DNA of 64,000 nt from a virus (taxonomy: Duplodnaviria > Heunggongvirae > Uroviricota > Caudoviricetes): IMG/VR virus record IMGVR_UViG_3300019757_000006. One strand, 5' to 3'. This document shows positions 59,001 to 64,000 of this stretch, piece after piece (the first letter of the stretch is position 1; each line of letters begins with the position of its first letter). Under the pieces are notes generated by a model. That model did no database searches and had not been told where the DNA came from. It was given only the letters and a program-made list of their open reading frames with translations. A program made the translations under genes and the position numbers.

Positions 59001-59918
59001 CTATTTTTGACTTATACTAGCGAATTGAGTAAATAAATAAGCTAAACTTTTTTCATCTTCTGCGCTTTTAGCAAAATGATCCCAACCAGAATAAAAAGCA
59101 TACTGCATATCCATAAATTTATATTGCATTGCATAAGTTCCAACTTTTGGACCGCCTCTATCGCCTACTAAATTTTTAAATGGTAAATTAACTGGAAGAA
59201 TTCCAAATAAAGTTATTAGTCCAGTAATATTATAAGTCTTTGGTTCAAATAATACTATATGCATTGCATTACTATTTGGATTTTGAATTAGATAATCATG
59301 TTTATTTTCATTATGTCTTGCGAACAATAAACCTTCTCTAATCAATTCTATACTTTTATGCCAAGCTTCATGATATTTAAATACATCTAATTCTTTATTA
59401 TCTATATAATTACATGTAAAATCGGACCCAGCAAATTCTCTAGTATTAATAAAAGAATTCTTTTGTCTTGTACTAATTGCAATATATTCTTTAGATGGTT
59501 CCGGTAAATCAATATCTGTAATCATTCTACTAAAATTTCTTATAAGAATTTTATCGTTAGGGTCTGTATTAGTCAGACTCCCAATTAATGAGCTTTCGTA
59601 ATTATCTATTTTCTTTTTATCCCTAGAACTTATATAATTAACCGCTTTATTAGAATCTGGAGCTGCCCGTAAAGCATCTAACCAAGGACCATGTTGCATA
59701 AAGACTGCATAATTTCCACTTGTATATGGATCGAAATCAGAATAACCCCAACCTAATTTATAAGATAAGTCTTTTAAAAAAGAATGTAATGAATTATTCT
59801 TATCTTCGAATATTCCTTCTCCTTCTAATTTTCTAGCAAGAAGGTCTTTTATATGATCATGATAACCATCTTTATATGGATCCCCATTAGCTTTTAAAAA
59901 TTTCTGTTCTTCAGCCAT
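59001..59918 (-). CDS. hypothetical structural-block protein
   Basis: 305-aa ORF preceded by the conserved 29-bp leader plus TATAAAATA and RBS aaagga. Confidence 0.45.
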   Translation of the reverse strand: MAEEQKFLKANGDPYKDGYHDHIKDLLARKLEGEGIFEDKNNSLHSFLKDLSYKLGWGYSDFDPYTSGNYAVFMQHGPWLDALRAAPDSNKAVNYISSRDKKKIDNYESSLIGSLTNTDPNDKILIRNFSRMITDIDLPEPSKEYIAISTRQKNSFINTREFAGSDFTCNYIDNKELDVFKYHEAWHKSIELIREGLLFARHNENKHDYLIQNPNSNAMHIVLFEPKTYNITGLITLFGILPVNLPFKNLVGDRGGPKVGTYAMQYKFMDMQYAFYSGWDHFAKSAEDEKSLAYLFTQFASISQK

Positions 59919-59934
59919 ATTTTTTCCTTTATTA

Positions 59935-59963
59935 TTTTATAAGTTTTAGTTAGTTCTTTTTTT
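59935..59963 (-). promoter_or_regulatory. conserved 29-bp late-promoter-like leader, copy 2
   Basis: Identical to 42064..42092. Minus-sense aaaaaaagaactaactaaaacttataaaa, then taataaaggaaaaaatATG. Confidence 0.45.
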
Positions 59964-59977
59964 TAGCTATCCTTTTT

Positions 59978-60026
59978 GCGTAGTTTTAACTACGACAGGA
60001 ATATCTCCTTCCTACTGGAAGGAGAT
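59978..60026 (-). terminator. double stem-loop + TTCCTGTCGTAG element on the stop of 60026..60988
   Basis: Minus-sense atctccttcc-agta-ggaaggagat hairpin, then attcctgtcgtagttaaaactacg. The second part is a small palindrome, cgtagttttaactacg. Confidence 0.45.
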
Positions 60027-60988
60027 TATATATGAGATTCTGGTAAATCTTTTCTAAATGTTCTATTTATTTTATCCATATTTTTTAATATATCGGTACT
60101 TCTATTTTGTAGTAAACCATTAATATCAGTATTCTTAATATCTAAACTTCTTATTAAATTTAGATTATCTTTTGGTAAACAAGCACCACCAACTCCAGAT
60201 TGACCATCAGATGAAAATATTAATTCCTCTTGAGATGGTAATGGAAGGAGTCCAAGTAATTCATTTAATTTTCTAGGATCGGAATCAAATAATTCCGGTA
60301 AAGAGGCATTAAATAAATATTGATACATAGCTAAGGTATTTCTATAGTACTTAAATTCCATAGCTTCCATTTCAGTACAGCTAGTTTCTATTACAAAATC
60401 AAATGATAACATTCTATCCATAAAGAATTGGAACTCTTCTATTACTTGAATATTTCCACCTACTATATTCGGCTTCGTTTTGAATTCTTCAGTAGCATTT
60501 CTAGCATTTAAAAATTCAGGCCAGTATAATAAATTTAATTCTTCTGTATCACATAAATTACTTACTTCACTTGGAAGACAAGTACTCTTTATAGTAACGA
60601 TACCTTTAAAATTATTATCTATTAAGAAATTTAAATTTTCAGTAATACCAGATAAAGTTTCGACGATAGATTGTTCGTGATTAGTAGGAACAGTGATAAC
60701 TACTATAGTACAAGTTAATAAATCTTCTTGATTATCTTGATATCGTTTTTCTTTACTATAAATTACCGTTCTTTTTTTAGCACAGTCTCTTAAATTATTA
60801 TAGATAGCTTGATTAACTACTCCAAAACCTATTAATCCTAATCTTGGTCTATCGTCCGACCATCCTAAATCTGGTGTTGATTGGTAACCATCTAAATTTA
60901 ATATTTTATCCATCTCAAGTAATTCTTCTGGTGTTGGTAATTCTTCTATTTTATATATTGTTTCTGAGTCAACATAATTAGTTTCCAT
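60026..60988 (-). CDS. UDP-glucose/GDP-mannose dehydrogenase family protein, C-terminally truncated
   Basis: N-terminal Rossmann motif GLIGFGVVNQA. PEFLNARNA matches the family EFLREG motif. GVGGACLPKD matches the catalytic-Cys motif GGSCFPKD. Only ~45 aa follow the Cys, so the C-terminal UDP-binding domain is absent. Confidence 0.6.
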   Translation of the reverse strand: METNYVDSETIYKIEELPTPEELLEMDKILNLDGYQSTPDLGWSDDRPRLGLIGFGVVNQAIYNNLRDCAKKRTVIYSKEKRYQDNQEDLLTCTIVVITVPTNHEQSIVETLSGITENLNFLIDNNFKGIVTIKSTCLPSEVSNLCDTEELNLLYWPEFLNARNATEEFKTKPNIVGGNIQVIEEFQFFMDRMLSFDFVIETSCTEMEAMEFKYYRNTLAMYQYLFNASLPELFDSDPRKLNELLGLLPLPSQEELIFSSDGQSGVGGACLPKDNLNLIRSLDIKNTDINGLLQNRSTDILKNMDKINRTFRKDLPESHI

Positions 60989-61005
60989 TTAAATATCCTT
61001 TGTTA

Positions 61006-61034
61006 ATTTAACGACAGTGATTTAAATCACTGTC
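61006..61034 (-). terminator. stem-loop + TGTCGTTAA element containing the stop of the small ORF 61022..61216
   Basis: Minus-sense gacagtga-tttaaa-tcactgtc hairpin; the stop codon sits in its loop. It is followed by gttaaattaacaaaggatatttaaATG. Confidence 0.45.
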
Positions 61035-61216
61035 ACGTTTACCCATTTCGGGTTGGTTATTCTACCACTTGTTAAACTCATATTCATATAACATTGAATT
61101 ATATTTATATGTTCTAACCAGTACCAATAACCATCTATTTTTTTAGGGAGAGTACAATAAGTTCGTACGATTCTTTTCTCCCCTAATTCAGGCTTCTTAG
61201 AATATATCCTAAACAT
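61022..61216 (-). CDS. small hypothetical protein
   Basis: 64-aa ORF bracketed by repeat copy F upstream and a hairpin at its stop. Confidence 0.3.
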   Translation of the reverse strand: MFRIYSKKPELGEKRIVRTYCTLPKKIDGYWYWLEHINIIQCYMNMSLTSGRITNPKWVNVTVI

Positions 61217-61232
61217 TACAGTCCTTTTCTTA

Positions 61233-61277
61233 AATAGCTAAGGAACTATACTAAGCTAAAAGCTATTCGTAGCTATC
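61233..61277 (-). repeat. AGCTA-rich dispersed repeat, copy F
   Basis: aatagctaaggaactatactaagctaaaagctattcgtagctatcg. It shares ctatactaagcta with copy A. Confidence 0.4.
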
Positions 61278-61355
61278 GAGTTTCCTACTTAGCGTTCAAC
61301 CTTGCTATTGGGCTATTAATTCATACTCCAACTTGAGTAGGTCTTAATGCATCCA

Positions 61356-62561
61356 TTATAATCCTTTACATAATAATATTTTAATATACGTTATTAAACT
61401 AACCATAACAATCTTTTTATATCGATAATCAAGCTGAGTACTTAGTTCACCATTTTGTTCAAAGATAGCTTTCGTGATACCTGCAACTAATTCTTTCGCT
61501 TTCTGAAAACTCTCTTCTTTTCTAGCAGAGTTAATTTTATTAGCAAGTACCTCAATATTTAAAGCACAAATCTCTTCTTCTGATTTAGGTTTAATTCCAC
61601 TAATAATTAATTCTATAAAATATTTTAAATCTTCCTCATTCTCATCATTATCTAACCAGTTATCTATTTTAGAAATTACCGCATCAGAAATAAAGAATTT
61701 TTTATAAAGGAATTCTTTGGGGATTGGTTTTTGAAGTACTTTTCTTTTTAGCACAGCATTCTTAGAAACTTTATCAGCAACTCTTTCTACAATACCAGAG
61801 AAGTGTTCATTTCTTTCTACCATATCAGAACCACTATCAAATGAATCTTTTTGTAAAGAACCAACCGCTTCTTTTTTACCTTCTTTATAAGATCTATAAT
61901 AAGCCTCTGCAATACCTTTAAGTAATTGATTATATCTACTTCTAAGAGTACTAATAATTCTTTTTAAACCACCATATACATCCATAGGATTAGCGGCAAT
62001 CTCAGCTGGATATTTAGCTTCTAATGCTGGTACTGATAATTTAAGAATATAACCAAATGGAGTTCCATGTTTTTTAAATGTATGATTACCTTGTAATTCA
62101 TAATTAATAACATATCTAGCAATATCGGGATTACATACTTTTGGAAAGAATCTCATTTTATAATAATTCCAGATACGAACTGAAATAAGCGTTAATGAGT
62201 ATTGTCTCAACTCTGGATCATCTTGATCTAATCCAATAAGATACCCTAACATTAATGTTAAGTAATAAATATCATCATATACGGAATAATCTTTTAGATG
62301 AAATTGTTTCATCTCTTCTTTTAATTCTCTTTCATTTAGCCCAAACAATTTTAACATAAGAGTTGGTAATTTTTTTGGGTATAAAAAGTAATCGCAAAAT
62401 GAATCATGTTTCATACTATCTTGCATTAATTTATGAGTACCCATTTGTAAATAATGTTTTAAAGTAGTCATTGCCAATTTATCATTTTTAAATTTATCTA
62501 GTACTGCTATCATTCTAGGTGATATATCTTTTCTATTTAGTACTGCTTTTGGTGGAGTCAT
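61356..62561 (-). CDS. hypothetical protein
   Basis: 401-aa ORF. Upstream, in mRNA sense, lie ctatataaaaag, the RBS aaagga, then ATG. Confidence 0.5.
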   Translation of the reverse strand: MTPPKAVLNRKDISPRMIAVLDKFKNDKLAMTTLKHYLQMGTHKLMQDSMKHDSFCDYFLYPKKLPTLMLKLFGLNERELKEEMKQFHLKDYSVYDDIYYLTLMLGYLIGLDQDDPELRQYSLTLISVRIWNYYKMRFFPKVCNPDIARYVINYELQGNHTFKKHGTPFGYILKLSVPALEAKYPAEIAANPMDVYGGLKRIISTLRSRYNQLLKGIAEAYYRSYKEGKKEAVGSLQKDSFDSGSDMVERNEHFSGIVERVADKVSKNAVLKRKVLQKPIPKEFLYKKFFISDAVISKIDNWLDNDENEEDLKYFIELIISGIKPKSEEEICALNIEVLANKINSARKEESFQKAKELVAGITKAIFEQNGELSTQLDYRYKKIVMVSLITYIKILLCKGL

Positions 62562-62606
62562 ATTTTTTCCTTTATAATAACTTTTTATATAGTCTATAAT
62601 ATCTAT

Positions 62607-62670
62607 TATAGCTAAGTATAGATCTATAGTTTGCTATATTTAGTTAGCTAGCTATAGTGAGCTAGTTCTT
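62607..62670 (-). repeat. AGCTA-rich dispersed repeat, copy E
   Basis: tatagctaagtatagatctatagtttgctatatttagttagctagctatagtgagctag. It shares gctatagtgagctagc with the reverse complement of copy D. Confidence 0.5.
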
Positions 62671-62686
62671 AGTTTTTCTCTTAATT

Positions 62687-62715
62687 TAATGACAGGAAAA
62701 TCCCCGAAGGGATTT
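62687..62715 (-). terminator. stem-loop + TTTTCCTGTCATTAA element after the stop of 62720..63991
   Basis: Minus-sense aaatccc-ttcg-gggattt hairpin, followed by tcctgtcattaa. The hairpin is nearly identical to the one at 42094..42120. Confidence 0.45.
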
Positions 62716-62719
62716 AAAT

Positions 62720-63991
62720 TTATATTATATAAACTGGATTAAATGGTAAAAACACAGTACCATTTAGATTTTGTAATATATTATCACCGACCATAGCAAG
62801 TTGGTGATTTTGTGTTATATCCATAGAAGTAACATTAGTTAATTCGGGAACTTCCACAAATCCTCCAGAACCATTTGTTTTAATTACAGTACCATCTTCT
62901 CTTTGTAAAAAAGTAATTGTTTTATATGCCCAACCAGTTTTAATATTAGTCACTAATGGATCTAATATATCTTTTTCATAATTCTCTTTCTCTGTATTAT
63001 AATAGATAGTTGTAGAGTCAAAAACATACCCAATAGTTTTAACACTACCATCATTAAAAATAACTATTGTTCTCCGTAAAGAAGAAATTATATCTTTTAC
63101 ACCAGTATATAGAAGTTCATGTACTGTATTATCATTTGCAAAACCATTATATCTTTTACTTCCACAAGAGTATAATTCTCCTAAATCATTTAAAATAAAA
63201 GTAGCATCCCGAGAATTTCTAACCTTAACAGCATTATTAATATTTGGAATTAAAGTTAATTCTGGAGTTGGAACAGTTGTATCTAACCCATGACTATATC
63301 CCAAATTTCTACCGCACATCCAAACAGTACCATCCTTTTTTATAATAGATAAATCGTATTGGGAAAAATGAGCATATTTAATATTATTTATACCAGTATT
63401 CTCTAAAGTGTTTACATCGGAAACAGTTGAAAATTCAGTTCCCAATCCTAATCTACTATTACCATTATCCCCAGCTACATGTAAATAACCAGCAACATCA
63501 ATAATTGCTAAAGTCTTCACGTAACTATCAGTATCTACAAATTTACTAAATTTAGTACCTCCATTATATTTAATATAATCAGTACTTAAACTTCCGGCTA
63601 CGATAGGAAATCCTTGAATTAATATCTGATTATTTCCATATAAATCACCATCTTTTATTAAAAAATTATTACTTCTATTTAATTGAAATAATTGCACATT
63701 TTTTAAATCGTCTAGTACTGTTTTACCATTTTCTTTATCTCCAATAGAAATTAATGGGTTACCAATATCTGGTGGAATTAAGTTACCATCTACATCTGTA
63801 TCTCCAAAAACAGTAGGAAGTACTAACGTAACTGGATTACCCCATCGGTAATCTACTACAGTAATAATTGGTAATAATGATTTATTCGAATCGAATTTCT
63901 CATCTGCTTTAGCTTGAGCTACATCGATAGCTGTAACATAATCTGGAAGAGCTGTATCAGTAGTAATAATTAATTCATATGTATCAGTCAT
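62720..63991 (-). CDS. hypothetical structural-block protein
   Basis: 423-aa ORF with an ATG at 63991, 9 nt inside the window edge. Gly/Asn/Thr-rich and beta-rich composition. Confidence 0.5.
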   Translation of the reverse strand: MTDTYELIITTDTALPDYVTAIDVAQAKADEKFDSNKSLLPIITVVDYRWGNPVTLVLPTVFGDTDVDGNLIPPDIGNPLISIGDKENGKTVLDDLKNVQLFQLNRSNNFLIKDGDLYGNNQILIQGFPIVAGSLSTDYIKYNGGTKFSKFVDTDSYVKTLAIIDVAGYLHVAGDNGNSRLGLGTEFSTVSDVNTLENTGINNIKYAHFSQYDLSIIKKDGTVWMCGRNLGYSHGLDTTVPTPELTLIPNINNAVKVRNSRDATFILNDLGELYSCGSKRYNGFANDNTVHELLYTGVKDIISSLRRTIVIFNDGSVKTIGYVFDSTTIYYNTEKENYEKDILDPLVTNIKTGWAYKTITFLQREDGTVIKTNGSGGFVEVPELTNVTSMDITQNHQLAMVGDNILQNLNGTVFLPFNPVYII

Positions 63992-64000
63992 TTCATTATC

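Noticed and set aside
15741-62670. CRISPR array hypothesis for the recurring AGCTA-rich repeats
   Set aside because: Copies are tens of kilobases apart, differ in length and orientation, and are not separated by similarly sized unique spacers.
1-64000. Bacterial chromosome or plasmid origin for the window
   Set aside because: The gene content is T4-like phage: td/frd pair, split gp39/gp52-type topoisomerase II, Mre11/Rad50-like pair, GIY-YIG and HNH endonucleases, holin/endolysin, and multi-kb fibre and baseplate genes. There is extreme coding density and no ribosomal or housekeeping genes.

Overview
This window is a densely coded, very AT-rich (~27% GC) piece of a large T4-like tailed phage (myovirus-type) genome. 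I infer that from gene content; I cannot name the organism from sequence alone. Coordinates 1..33059 carry rightward nucleotide-metabolism, replication and repair genes. These include thymidylate synthase, DHFR, a GTP cyclohydrolase I-like gene, the split T4-type topoisomerase II (gp39/gp52-like), an Mre11/SbcD-like nuclease, an SbcC/Rad50-like ATPase with apparently permuted domain order, a QueC-like 7-cyano-7-deazaguanine synthase and a ClpB-like double AAA+ ATPase. Coordinates 33098..34607 are a small leftward three-gene island. Coordinates 34922..41048 carry rightward small genes plus an SLT-like lytic transglycosylase and an SPFH/band-7 protein. Coordinates 41201..63991 are a long leftward late block. 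It holds a GIY-YIG endonuclease, a holin-like protein, an M15 peptidase (endolysin-like), two large coiled-coil fibre proteins (1012 aa and 2483 aa), a separately encoded copy of the fibre tip domain, putative baseplate proteins and a truncated nucleotide-sugar dehydrogenase-like gene. The non-coding DNA is unusually structured. A family of stem-loop plus TTCCTGTCGTTA elements sits directly on stop codons. A dispersed AGCTA-rich repeat family (core TAGTGAGCTAGCTA) marks several intergenic regions. There are two copies of a ~60-bp sigma70-like promoter block and two copies of a 29-bp late-promoter-like leader ending in TATAAAA. No rRNA, tRNA or CRISPR array was seen.
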